This document shows positions 1-12,841 of a DNA stretch of 64,000 nucleotides, piece after piece; position 1 is the first letter of the stretch, and each line of letters opens with the position of its first letter. Origin of the DNA: Squalus acanthias. Its lineage: Eukaryota. The stretch spans positions 81,966,001 through 82,030,000 of the forward strand of contig CM059432.1 of the NCBI GenBank assembly GCA_030390025.1. The letters run 5' to 3'. The notes beneath the pieces were generated by a model that saw only the letters and a program-made list of their open reading frames with translations, did not search any database and had not been told where the DNA came from. The translations under genes were made by a program, and so were the position numbers.

Positions 1-54
1 ATTACAACAGCAGAACCATTAACAGCACCTGCTGTCCAAAAAATGAGGGCAGTG

Positions 55-120
55 ATTACGATCTGAAATAGTTGAACTCTTGTGTTGAGTCCAGAAGGTT
101 GTAAAGCGCCTCATCGAAAG
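55..120 (-). mobile_element. Penelope-like element fragment (C-terminus of GIY-YIG ORF, decayed)
   Basis: Minus strand reads FR*GALQPSGLNT..EFNYFRS*, resembling the C-terminal motif (FRLGTLQPxGLNxEF) of vertebrate Penelope ORFs; stop and frameshift present. Confidence 0.45.
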
Positions 121-1799
121 GGTTAATTTCCACCTGCTTTTAATTCTTTTCTAATGGTTCTTAAATTTAGTTGATCTGATTTCCATAGACATTTATACTG
201 AGGGAAAATATCAGCTTCGAATTGATGAGAATTGCACTGTTGAAGCTGCACAACACCCTTGAGCTAGAAAAAGTTAATGAACTAGCTGAGGAAAGCTTGC
301 CTCTACCTTGCTGAGATGTACAGGATTAGCTGTTTTACATTGTGCGTGTGGTAGGTCGGACTGGCAATTCGCTCCATACCTTGCATTTTTGATCTGTTTG
401 GGGTTTTTTGAGCTCTCTTTGTTGTCGAGGTTTTAGGCTCTATTGTCTGCTAGAAATAGATTCCAAGGTCTGATCACAGAACAGACTAAACATTTGCTGA
501 TTCTTAGGTTTCTTTCAAAACACTAAGGCCGTGCATCACTGGCACTGAAACCATTTTATTCACTTTTCAAATAAACTGGGTGTCGTTTCCTACTTCAGGC
601 TGTAAAATTTTATGTTTTGAAAGAAGTATTTTTTAATAGGCCGACTGATTTCTTTAATCATTGTGAATGCAAATAAAACATTATAAACTCTGCATGAATA
701 TGGATAGCTTCAGTTAAGAGAGTTTGGCTGAACTAGAAGTAAACCCCCCACAGCACAGAATAGAACAAACTGTAGAGAAATGGAGAAAGGATGAAAGAAC
801 TAGATATCTGATAAGCAGCGAAAGCAGAAGGAAAGGAATGTTATCTGGGATTATTTTCAAGACTGTGGAATATCAAATATAGTATGTCAATCTGACTTTC
901 TTGAACTGTGGGAGATACACATGTTCTGTTTGATGACAATATATTTAATTTTAGGTTCCTTTTTAATTCATCCTTTTTCGTCCAAGCCGCTTAAGAATAA
1001 TCATAATGCTAATACAGCAACAAAGTTGATCCAATTTACTTTGCTCTAAAATAAACACACTTGAGCAAATATACACTGTTAAAGGTACAATTTACTGGAT
1101 TGTGTCTGCATTTTAGACAAACTTATCCAATTTATCTACAGGATATATATTAGACAAGATATTCAAAAATGTCCATAATACGTGATTCTAGGACTTTCCA
1201 TTTATGCGGTTGTGAATTTTTAGTTCAATTTTGGCTTTTTGTTTTTCCACTGCATGCAATTACTGAAAACCCTGCCTCTTTTCCCCACGAGAAATATTAT
1301 AAAGCACATTGTAGTGGGGTTCAAAAGGTGAAAGAGCAGGTGTTTTAGGCTGCATTTTCCAGTTGGTCTGGTTAAGGTTGAAAGACGCATTTTAGCTGGA
1401 AAGTCAGTTTAATAATGTCTCTTGAAACAAAGGATGCAGTCTTGCCATCTGGGGCTGTTCACATTTACTTACATTCAAAATAATTTTTTTACTTCCCCTT
1501 TTCTGATAGAGTCATGCTAATTGTAAGCAGAAGTGAAGGCAGCTATGGGCCTCCAATTGTTAACTTGAGGGGTGATTTGAATTTCTTTTTTGGTAAAGCA
1601 GAATGCAGATCAGGCAGTCTTGGTGGCACTTTAGCATCAACTAGTCCAAACTAAATGAAGAACTTATATCTTTATTTTCTTTCTGATTTTTTTACATTTT
1701 TATTTAAACCTTTTGACATTTTGGAGAGAATTGTGACATTGTGAAAGAGATGCATCAACTCAATATAGATTTTCCGAGTCCTCACCCTTGGCAAGATCA

Positions 1800-1914
1800 A
1801 AAATGAGAAGTCGCACAACACCAGGTTATAGTCCAACAGATTTATTTAATTTTACAAGCTTTCGGAGCTGATACAGACTGACTTGTTGCTGGCTCAGTGT
1901 GAGTGCCCACTGTA
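1800..1914 (-). mobile_element. Short Penelope pLTR insertion with 13-bp target-site duplication
   Basis: 1800-1868 nearly matches the pLTR sequence at 12842-12910; flanked by direct repeat CTTGGCAAGATCA at 1787-1799 and 1915-1927. Confidence 0.8.
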
Positions 1915-2347
1915 CTTGGCAAGATCAGTAATAGATTCAGGCAGGAGAAGACTTTCGGTCCATCTAGTCCATCTAGTCCACCTATCGACAATATTCACTT
2001 GGTGCATTTCTAATAACATTGAATCCCATTTGTTGACTAGAATCCTATCTAGTTCCTCTTGAAAACCATTAAGGTTTCTTGTTCCACCACTTGTGCCACA
2101 TACTTACCACCTTTTCAGTAAAAAGTTCCTCCTATTGTGCTTAAATTTTGTACGCTTAAAAGCTTACTCGGATCCAACCTTTCATCATTTTATACATCTC
2201 TATCATATTCCTTCTCAGTCTTTTCTTTTCAAAAGAGAAAAGACCCAGAGTAGTCAATCTTTCCTCATATGTTATTCCGTTAAATTTTGTGATCAACTGT
2301 GTAGCCCTTCTCTGCACCCCTTCCAATAACTGAATATCTTTTTAAAA

Positions 2348-2985
2348 TAGGGTGACCATATTTTTGAAACCAAATCCAGGGACACTCAGATGGAAGCACA
2401 GCAAAGTAGCCAGGACAGAAAGTGTAGGTTGCGCAGCGTAGTGGGGCAAATTTTTTTAGCAGCCTATATTTTAACAGTTGAACATATGCAAAACAAATGT
2501 GCATATAATTACTGCGAATGTAACATCACACTATTGAAGCATATTCAGACACCTGACCCCTCCCCCAGTGACTGAGGTCACACCTGATTCTCCCCACAGT
2601 GTCTAGGATTAGCCCGCCCCCCCCTCCCCCCGGTGACTGTGACCGGGCCCTCCCCTGTGGCCTTTCCTTCACCCACTCCGATTGTCGTGTTCAAAGGCAC
2701 TTCCAACGCAGCCAATCCAGCAGCACGATCCCGGCCGGAAACCCAGAAACAACAACCGGCACATGCACAGAAAGACCGCCCAGTCATGCATGCGCAGTGA
2801 ATCACTCTGGCCATTGTACAAGTTCTTGTTTAATTTAGCCTTAGAGCCACAAACTGACAGCTCAGGGGGGTAAACTCACTGCCCAGAGGTCCACTTTGGG
2901 GACTCTTCCGGGAACATTCTTTGCCCGGGGACACAGTACCTCATCCGGGGACTGTCCCCGGAAAACGGGACGTATGGTCACCCAA
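2348..2985. mobile_element. Non-autonomous hAT (Blackjack-like) element
   Basis: TIRs TAGGGTGACCATA / TATGGTCACCCAA (1 mismatch); 8-bp TSD TTTTAAAA at 2340-2347 and 2986-2993; subterminal GGGAC/GTCCC motifs. Confidence 0.85.
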
Positions 2986-3162
2986 TTTTAAAATGACCTC
3001 TCTGGATTTATATGTTATACCCCTTACTATGCACCCAACATTTTGGAGTTTGGAGATGCTGTCTCCAGAGTGAGAACAAAAGTGGACCCAGCAGTGACCC
3101 CTGGGGTATACCACTTCCAAATCATCTCCAATCTGTGCAACACCCATTTACCCTAACTCTTT

Positions 3163-3940
3163 GGGCTGGATTTTGTCAATGGGGGCGCGTTGGGGGTGGG
3201 ACTGCTGGTTGTCGGGTTTCAGTCCTGCCCCCAATGACGTCCGGCCAACCTACGCTATTTTCCCTTGATTGACCTTGTTATGCCTGCCCTGCGGGCTTAG
3301 CCGGCCAATTAAGGGAAAGCCGGTGAGAGAGGACGTCAGCTGTCAAACACTGACAATCTCTGTTCTAAGCTGAGCCCTTGTACTGAAGACTCCCCAAAAA
3401 CCTCTCTCCTCAGCAGAAATCAGATGGCTGCTGCATCGGAGAATGCAGCAGCCATTCTGTCATCTCTGCCCTTGAGATGAGGCACCTCCGGATCCCCAAG
3501 GGTTGAAGCCTGCAGGAAGAAGCAAAGGTAAGTAAACTTTTTCTAACACTTTTCACTCACCTCTCATACTTACCTCTCCACACTTGCACCCATCACTCAC
3601 CTCCACAGCAGTTTTCGATCCCTCTCACCCCCGCAGACCCACTGCTCGCCTCGCTGACCCTGGCGAGGTTCACAGCCGTCGGAAAGCCTGCACTTGCAGG
3701 GGTAAAATAGGGATAATCCTCTTAACTGTCTGTTAACTACCTGTTAACAGGCAGTTAAGTGGCTGTAATCCCCGTCCTGCCTCGAGGAAACGGGTCCCTG
3801 CGCGAGTCGGGGACCCGCCTCCCAGGAAGATGGCATGGAGGCGGGTTGGGAGCGGGGTTGGTACCCGCTCCCAGTTTCTGCCATTTTCCCGGCAGTCCCG
3901 CCTCCATTCCCGCCTCCCGAGGGCTGGCAAAATTCCCCCC
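3163..3940 (+). mobile_element. Harbinger-like MITE family A, copy 1
   Basis: Imperfect TIRs GGGCTGGATTTTG / CAAAATTCCCCCC; TTT on both flanks; collinear with 4942-5787 and, inverted, with 62447-63291. Confidence 0.8.
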
Positions 3941-4941
3941 TTTGTTTCTTGTCAGTCTACAACTTTCTAACCATGCTACTACATTTCTTTTTATAGGCCT
4001 GAATTTTAGTAACAGGCCTTATTGAATGCCTTCTGAAAGTACATATACACTACATCTACTGCATTCCCTGTATCTATCCAATTAGTCACTTCTTCAAAAA
4101 ACGATAACCATGAATTTCCTTGGACTTCCTGCCGCTGCCCCCACCGTACGCTCCACACAAATGAGGATTCTGAGCATTTCCAGTGAAGTTCCAATGGAGC
4201 AGTGGCAGAAAGTCCAAAAATATTCAAGGCTTATGACATTTTTCAATGCTGATTTCCTGGGGTAGATGTTATGATTTAGTGTTCCCAGTGCAGAACTATG
4301 AGATGGGAATGCGTATCGAGAATTTAGGTGTAAAGGTCAGCATTCCCAATTAATGGCCTGCATGATTTCCTCTCAGTTCATCAGAAGATAGTGCGAGATG
4401 TGAATTAGGTGTACAGACCTCTCTGCTCAAATTCCTGACATGTGCTCCTGCCATTTGAAGCTCTGTGCTGGGAGTGTTAAATGGTACCAGCCCAGCATAC
4501 AACTGCACAGCATAGAATGGGTGGCGATCAAGTGAGATGGACCTCCGCCTGATTTCTCGACCCACCAGGATTGTCTTGGAGTCTCTAGGAAATAAAGATT
4601 AATCTCCTGGACACTGCTGTGAGCAACCCAGAGAAAGATTAAAGGAGAATTTAAAAAGTGATGTGGCTTTTCATTTTCTTTGAACATTTTTGTTTATTAG
4701 TTAAAAAAAAATATTGGAGATGGGAAAAAGACTGTTTGACTGGGGCCTTGCGGTTGGAGTGCCGAGATGATGTGATGAAATTTCCAGGAAAATGTCTAAC
4801 CAGAGTTGGCAAACTTATAACACACGAGTCACACTATCTGCTGACACAAGTAATAGTAATCAGAAAATTTCTCCTAAAATGGCCTGTTAATGAACAATGG
4901 CAGAATAAAGAAAAAGTGAAGTGTAAATGACCAGACTCCAA

Positions 4942-5787
4942 GGAGGTGATTTTGCCAATGGGGGCGCGTTGGGGGCGGGACTGCTGCTTGTCGGGTTTCA
5001 GTCCCGCCTCCATTGACTTCTGGCCAACCCACGCTATTTTCCCTTGATTGACCTTGTTAAGCCCGCCCAGCGGGTTTAGCAGGCCAATTAAGAGAAAGCC
5101 GGTGACAGAGAACGTCAGCGTATGAAGTTTCATCTGTCAAAATTTTTTGACAGATGAATAGTCATCATTTGACAGCTTTGAGAAGCTCTCAAACGCTGAC
5201 ATTCTCTGTTGTTTGGTGAGTTCTTGTACTCAAGGCTCACCAAACCCATTTCCTGAGCAGAAATCAGATGGCTGTTGCATCAGAGAATGCAGCAGCCATT
5301 CTGTCATCTCTGCCGTGGAGATGCCGGAGCCTCCGGATCCCCAACGATTGAAGCCTGCAGGAAGAAACAAAGGCAAGGAAACTTTTTCTAAGACTTTTCA
5401 CTCACCTCCCATACTTACCTCTCCACACTTGCACCCATCACTTACCTCCACAGCCCACTTTTCGGCCCCTCCGACCCCCGCAGACCCACTGCTCGCCTCG
5501 GTGACCCTGGCGGGGTTTCCCGACGTCGGGAAGCCCACACTTCTGTTGGAAAAATGGGGATAATCCTTTTAACTGCCTGTTAACTACCTGTTAACAGACA
5601 GTTAAGTGGCTGTAATCCCCTCCCCGCCTCGAGGAGACGGGACCCGGCGCGGGTCGGGTACCTGCCTCCCGGGAAGATGGCACGGAGGCGGGTTGGGGGC
5701 GGGATGGGTACCTGCCCCCAGATTCTGCCATTTTCCCGGCAGTCCCGCCTCCAAATCCGCTTCCCCAGGGCTGGAAAAATCGCCCCC
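4942..5787 (+). mobile_element. Harbinger-like MITE family A, copy 2
   Basis: TIRs GGAGGTGATTTT / AAAATCGCCCCC; 3-bp TSD CAA; high internal similarity to copy 1. Confidence 0.8.
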
Positions 5788-8374
5788 CAACAGTCTAATT
5801 GAGCAATTGAACAGAGTCTGATTGAAGGCCTCACCACTGGTTATTCTTTAAAACAGTCACCACACTGAGATTTGTGATTTATGTACATTTTGTGACTCCT
5901 GACAGCCGGAATGTAAAATTAATAGAAAAACAATTGATTCTACTCAGACCAGCGACTGTTGTATCTTCCAACATCTTCCACTTCTGTTATCATCATCTTC
6001 TACCTCCCTAAGGGCAGCAATCCCTTCCTCAGGCCTCTGCTACTGCACTTCAAAAGACCACAGCCACTTCCCTCTCGGACATTCCCTGTGGCTTATCCTT
6101 CGTAAGACCCCCATTACACTTGCCAAGGCCACTGCTATCAGCTACAACCCTCTTATAAATGCAAGAAATTAAAAAAAAAATGTGAACTTACACAGTTTCT
6201 GATGAATTCTGAGGCCCCTACCCACACGCACTGCTGTATGATTCTGTTTGAGTTCATCAGAGAAAATGTTGAATGTATTTTTCATCCTCTTTCGATCACC
6301 CTGCACCTTTCCCTAGCTGAATAGGTGGGCAGTCATCTACCCCTGCACTTTTCCTGACCTCTGTGTATCCTGCTCTTGATCCCACATGTGAATCGTTCTG
6401 GCTGACCTGCTTTCAGTGTTACCTCCCTGCCTCCATCTTTCCCTCTGGGGAAGCAGGAAGCTTTTGTTCAAAGCCAACCTGTGAACACCAAGCAGAAATT
6501 GGTGACTTGTCGTGGGTCGGGTTGTGGCACAGCATAATGCAGCACCAGAATGCTGCGCCAGCTCTACCTAACTTACTTAACCTGAACACTTGTCTCTGTG
6601 CTCTGTGTAACTGTGAATCTTCATTGAAGACAGCTCTGCACTGCACTGTGCATTGGGTGACAAGGTGAGTGGTGTAAAGTTAGTTTGGGCAGATATGTGT
6701 ATGAGTGGTACAATGATCTGTTCAGCTACACGCACAAAATGATCTCATATATATATATATGTTTCTAATTCATCAATTGGCCAGCTGTTCTTTTACACAG
6801 TACCCTTTTTTTCTTGTTCCTTTTATGAATCATGGCCAAGATGTAGTTAATTTAAATGCGAGGCCACACTGAATGGTATGGCAGGGCACTGGGTTGCCAG
6901 TCCTTTGTGCCATCGAGCAGTATTCTACTGGTGTACAATATTTTTGCAAATCAGTTCTCGGTTTTTAGCCGTGCTGCTGTGAGAAAATGCTGGCCTGAGA
7001 CTTCCCACTAGTGATGGGACAGGTAATCAGAATCTGAGTCAGTTCTTGGCAATTCTCAGAGTGCATTGACACTATAACTATAGTGTTGGTGTGAAGTGGT
7101 TTTGCTGCACACCAATGCTACATTATAGAGTAATTGCAGGCTGAATCCAGTGTCGAGGCTCAATCCGACCCCAGAGCAAAGTGGAGTGAGACTCCCTGGA
7201 GATGGTAGCCTTACTCCACTTCCCTTTGGAGCCAGTTTGTACCTTGACAGCTGGTTCAGACTTCAAATTTAGCATCCATACAAAATTGTTTTGGCTTATG
7301 TGCAGTGTGAATGCACCACCAATTGGCAAAGGCCCAGAGCAAGCCATATGCTCTTGGTGCACAGTGCAGGGGCAACATAGGAAAGGGTTTTTTCAAAGAT
7401 CATTTAGGTTATTTTCCCTACAATGGAAATGGAAAAACAACATTGTGCAATGAGTGCAATAATGCAGCACTGGAAATCATGTGCAATGTAGCACACAGGC
7501 ACTTGCAACCTGAAAACTGCTAATAAATCCAAAAGACAGCATCATAGATAGACAGAGGCAGGTTATGTACTTGCAAAATTGTAAGTTGCCAAATTATTGA
7601 GTTAAATTGAGGTTAAGATGGATTTAGACAGAAAGGCAATTGTGGGATCTGGCTCTGTTTTGCATACAGGTAGCTGGGGGCCAATGTGGTATAATGAATG
7701 CACCCTCATTACTGCAGGCATAGCAGTGGTCAGCAAGCTAAATCCCAACAGGACTTGAAACTAGATTTAAATGGAAGCTGGAATATAAACATAAAATGCT
7801 GCAAATACATAGCAAATTTGTCAGCATCTGTAGAGAGATAAGATCCCTGAAATTCCGAGCCCCTGGTGGCAAAAAGCCACTGTTACCTGGTAGCAGGGGA
7901 GGAATTTGGGGTGGGACCTAATTACACTGGGTGTCCATCCCTTTTTTGGTCTGTTCAAAATTCTGCTGGAAGTGCAGGTGGGCAATTCTTGCGGGACTGG
8001 TCATCATTTTATGGAAATAGCGCCAGTTCTTGCCTCCAACGCTATGTATACAGGCATGAAACAAGCATACTCATGTGCCAGAATCTGATCCTGACAGTAG
8101 TGCGGCCCACTATTATTTTAAAGGCTTGTTTACCCACAGCAAACAATCACATAACCCAAAATATACCAATACCCTGACCCTGGCATTTAGAATGGGGTCA
8201 GAGCACATCTCCATTGCAGATCCACCTACAGGAGGTCAGAAGAGGAATTACTAGGTTAAGATGTGTATTGTTTCAGGTGTAGACCCTTTGCCAAGAACCC
8301 ACATAATTTCTGATGAAGAGTCTACACCTGGAGAGTCAGTGATGAAGGGTCATCAAATTAAAATTATCATCGAG

Positions 8375-9390
8375 AGTGAGGATAGGTTCGGAGAAATTGC
8401 GGCGCATCCAGGACTGGATGTTGGGCATGCAGTCTTGACAGCACAGAGGCAGCAGAGGGGTCGAGACAGGTGGTGGAGAGGTAGAGCTGGGTGTCGTCAG
8501 CGAACATGTTGAACTTAACCCCTCGACTCCACATCTTTTAATGGTGTCACCAAGGAGCAGCAGAAAGAGGAGGGGGACTCCAGAGGTAATGGTGCATGGA
8601 CAGGAAGAGAAACCATTGTTGGAGATGTTCTGGCTACAATTGGATAGGTAAAACTAGAGCCAAGTGAGATCATTCCCAGTGAACTGGACAACGGAGGAGA
8701 GGCGTTGGAGGAAAGAAAGAAAGACTTACATTTATATAGCACCTTTCACAACACCGGATGTCTCAAAGCGCTTTACAGCCAATGAAGTTCTTTTTGAAGT
8801 GTGGTAATGTGGGAAACGTTGCAGCCAATTTGCGCACAGCAAGCTCCCACAAACAGCAATGTGATAATGACCAGATAATCTGTTTTTAGTTATGTTGATT
8901 GAGGGATAAATATTGGCCAGGACACCGGGGATAACTCCCCTGCTCTTCTTCGAAATAGTGCCTTGGGATCTTTTACGTCCACCTGAGAAAGCAGACAGGG
9001 CTTCAGTTGAATGTCTCATCCGAAAGACGGCACCTCTGACAGTGCAGCACTCCCTCAGCACTGCACTGGAGTGTCAGCCTAGATTTTTGTGCTCAAGTCC
9101 CTGGATTGGGACGTGAACCCACCTGACTCAGAGGCGAGAGTGCTACCAACTGAGCCACAGCTGACACTGTTGACCATGTCAAAGGCTGTAGAGACATTGG
9201 GAAGGACAAGGAGGGATCATGAACCATGGTCATAATATCAGAGGGTATCATTTGTGACTTTAATTAGGGCCGTTTCGGTGCTGTGGCAGGGGCGGAAACC
9301 TGATTCAAGATACTCAAACATGGAGTTGTGGTGAACATAGGCATGAATTTGGGAGGCAACAACACGTTCAAGCACTTTGAAGAGGAAAGC
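8375..9390 (-). mobile_element. L2 LINE reverse-transcriptase relic, split by a SINE
   Basis: Minus strand encodes FNMFADDTQLYLSTT (~8475-8515), ITSGVP, LLQRLSSVVQ and, after the SINE, LLVLPNVSTAFDMVN; stops present. Confidence 0.75.
8712..9167 (-). mobile_element. tRNA-derived Deu-domain SINE (SacSINE1/AmnSINE-like), full length
   Basis: Minus strand begins GTGTCAGCTGTGGCTCAGTTGGTAGC (A box), then GGTTCACGTCC (B-box-like), and ends in an L2-like tail GCTATATAAATGTAAGTCTTTCTTTC; second copy at 59632-60083. Confidence 0.8.
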
Positions 9391-9468
9391 AGGAACACTG
9401 ACTAGCAACATAAATGGGCAGGCAGAACATGACTGTTAACTGGGCAAATGGAAGGTAACACAGATATT

Positions 9469-10258
9469 GACCTAGAAATTCAGGAGCACCCATTTTTGGC
9501 TGCATTGGGGGCACAGGGTGCAATCCCTGCATCTGAATGGTGAAGCCTGAGGCACCCCTGTTACTGGGTCTCCAACCTCATTCCCATGAAACAGTCAAGC
9601 TGTGTAGAGTGAGATGCAACTCACCCAGCGAAGCGTCGTTGAAGATCGGGGCTATGTGACTCTAGCAGTGGCCCTCAAGTAAGTGAAGAAGGGGGGCAAA
9701 AGGAGATGCGATTGATGGTTGGGGGGGGGGGGGGAAATCACTAGCCAGATGGGGGGATCACTAGCCAGATGGGGGGATCACTAGCCAGATGGGGGGATCA
9801 CTAGCCAGATGGGGGGATCACTAGCCAGATGGGGGGATCACTAGCCAGATGGTGGGATCACTAGCCAGGACGGGAGAGGGGGAGCAATCATTAGCCGGGG
9901 AAGCAAATGATCATTAGTTGGGGTGGGCGATTGGTGGCTGGAGGGGGAGGCAATCGGGCCTTGGGAGGAGAGATTGGGCCTCAGACTTGTCGGGGGGGGG
10001 ATGGTGGTGGGGGGGTGGGGGGTGCGGTGGGGGGGGGGGTGGGGGGGGGTGCGGTGGGTGGGGGAGAGATCGGGTCTCGGACTGGGGAGGAGAAAGATGG
10101 GGCCTCGGTCTGAGTGATTGGGGGACGGAGACATAGGTGGCTGGGGGGAAGGCCTGCGTTTTTTTAATGTGGGGTCGGGAGAGGTACTGCTGCTGAAGTG
10201 TGCTAATGAGCACTATCCCGGTATAACCACCAGGATTGTGACCGAAGGAATTTCAGCC
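9469..10258. mobile_element. Probable decayed Harbinger-like MITE with G-rich interior
   Basis: Starts GACCTAGAAATTC (cf. GGCCTAGAAATT TIR of family C) and ends near GAATTTCAGCC; no clean TSD; ends uncertain. Confidence 0.4.
9737..9868 (+). repeat. 20-bp minisatellite (ATCACTAGCCAGATGGGGGG) x ~7
   Basis: Near-perfect tandem units starting 9737, 9757, 9777, 9797, 9817, 9837, 9857. Confidence 0.95.
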
Positions 10259-12841
10259 GCCCCGGCCCCCCCCACCCCCCCCCCCGCACCCCCGCCGTTA
10301 AAAATATCTCTTGAACATTGCTGATTATTAACACTGTTGGATTGTGAATGTGTCTCTTAAATAAAGCACTGCAGTGTTTCATCAAGCTTCGAGTTCTAAT
10401 GGGCCGTATTAGGGATCTTTCTACATATTCAGCTCTGAGACTGCTAGATATAACCTGTAGTGAAAATTGCAGCTACCAGGCTGCCATGTTGGCCCACCGC
10501 AGCAAGTTAGTCAGATTGCGGTGACATGCACTTCTGGAATACGATTCTCACATCTGTATTTTTTTTTAAACCAATATATTGACAGATTTTTTTGTAAATG
10601 CAGTGATATCTTTGCCTTGGTGAGTTGTGAAAAATGGTAATACACGTTACCATGGAAACACAGGCCCCTTTAGATCATGTTTGAAATGACCATGCTGAAC
10701 TGCAGCTTATTCATATAAGTTGTTACACGTCGTTCCATTCTGCTCTAAGCAAGTGTAAGCTGACACCTGAGGACTGAGTTTGCACGTGCAGCATTGGTAG
10801 CTGGTGAAACAGACTGATTATTATTAACTGCAGATGGACGCTCATCCATTTACAAGTAGCTGTGCTTATACTGCTGCTCATTTCCTGCCTCATTAGAGAG
10901 CTAAAAGGCTTGATGACATCTGTTTCTAGCATTGTTAACTGTTACAAAAAGTTTCTAAACTGTATATTGAACCTCTGAGTGCACACAAGGAAGTCATTCA
11001 GAATTGTTCAATAAACAAGTTGTTGGTAGTAGCAGATGAAGAGCAGTTATTGTAAAAATATTAGAGATATTGCGCTTGACAACGAAAAGATTTATTTTTA
11101 AATAAATTATATTGTTCAAATGTGCCACCTATAAAGCAGGGATGTCCCAATCTATTGATGGTTGGTTCTGAGTAGAAAGGGTGTAATTTAACCAAGGCAG
11201 TTAGATGACATCATAACCTATAAAAGCAAAGTTCAAGTGGTTTTATGGACCTTTTTGGACTACAAGTTTAAAGGGGTGTGATCTTTATTCAAGGGAGTTT
11301 AGGACATGCATTTTATTTGCCAACCAGTTGATGCAATGGCACAATTCAAACCAGAACATCATGCGTTACAAAACTCTCTTCTGCATGAAGCTTTCCTGAT
11401 AGAAATGATTCTTGGTGGCTTTCTGTCTCTCTCCTTCCCCAGGCTGAAAGACAGTGCTTCTTTAAATGACTGCCTATTACTTATTCTATACCAATACTTT
11501 ATTTTGGTGCAGAATGTCCTATAACAACTTTCATTTATGAAGCATCTTTAATGTAGTAAAAACGTGCCACAGGAATGTTACCAGACAAAAATTGACAACG
11601 GCGAGTATGGTTACGTACGTTGTAAATTTCGCCATTGCTAACTTACTTCAAAATTTCTTGTAATTAGCATAGGCTGCAGTGAGCATAGCAGCGAATCAGA
11701 AGCAGCACAACCAGTGACTAATGTTTACTATTAGATGCATGCGTCTATTGAATTACAAGTATTTCAGACAATAAAAATTAGTATTTGTTGGGTCTGTGCA
11801 TTGGCGGATATAAACAATTATAAAATTCAGGTTAAAGAAATACGCAGTCAGTTCGAGTGAAACATATCACAACTCCCCTATTTTTAATTAAGCACAACTT
11901 AGATCATTTCTGGATCCAAGATTAAAATGGATTTTTCACTTAAAAAAATTGTGCATTTCTAGTAAAATTGGAGCTCCAGTTAATTTATGAAAATAAGCTG
12001 AAATTGACAAAGCGAATATTACAAAATGTACAGACTACATTGTTGATCCAATATATTGTTCAGGCATCCCTTTATATTTATTAAATTGTAATAGATTTTG
12101 CATTCAAATTGATATTTTAATAGGAAACATAAACATTTACAATCATTAAAACACTTTTTAACAATACTTAGGAATGGACGTAGTTGTGTTGAAATCGAAC
12201 GAGGCAGCATCGTCAGTGCCTCAGGCAGTGACACCTGTAACAATATTATATCGGAATGTCTAACAAGTGCGAAGATGTCAATTTCAAATTTAATTAAAAT
12301 CATTTATTTCATATGCCTCCAGGTGAGATAAACAGACTGTTTAAAGCAAATAGAGAAGCAACAATGGACTGTTAAAATAATAACTCACACCACTAACAGG
12401 TCACCAATAGCCCACCAGTCCTATTATTTACCAGTTTAAGTGGCAGCAGAGACATAAGTAGCTTTCATTCAGGAAATTTGGGATCACTCTTGATTTTAAT
12501 GGCGAGCAAAGCTATGATAATGAACTATTCACGGTTTCAGCGAAGGGGTACAAATGCCCCAGGAAATTATGGACTGGCGTAAGTAATGGCGTAAGACACT
12601 TATGCTGTAATTTCCTCTTTCTTTTGCACCGTAAATGGGCCCTACAACATAGATGCACCATTACAATTGTGCAAGTCTCCAGGAAACTCCCGCCCAATAT
12701 ATTAATGGATGTCCTGTTGCATTGCTCAAAAACTGTACATTACACAGTGTAGTGCACAGCATATTATTCGACTTCTAAAGAGGACCAGTCTGTAACTTGC
12801 TATCTCCCTTTAATGTCACAAGGCATACCTACTGTAAGTAA

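Larger units (their letters stand above)
1930..4110 (-). mobile_element. Old CR1 LINE relic (RT region to 3' end), interrupted by two DNA transposons
   Basis: Minus-strand RT motifs FFEEVTNWIDTGNAVDVVYMYFQKAFNK (~4020-4100) and SGIPQGSLLGP (~3085-3115); decayed 3' region ~1930-2340. Boundaries approximate. Confidence 0.7.

Noticed and set aside
9095..9167. tRNA gene
   Set aside because: A/B boxes belong to the SINE head; no complete cloverleaf.
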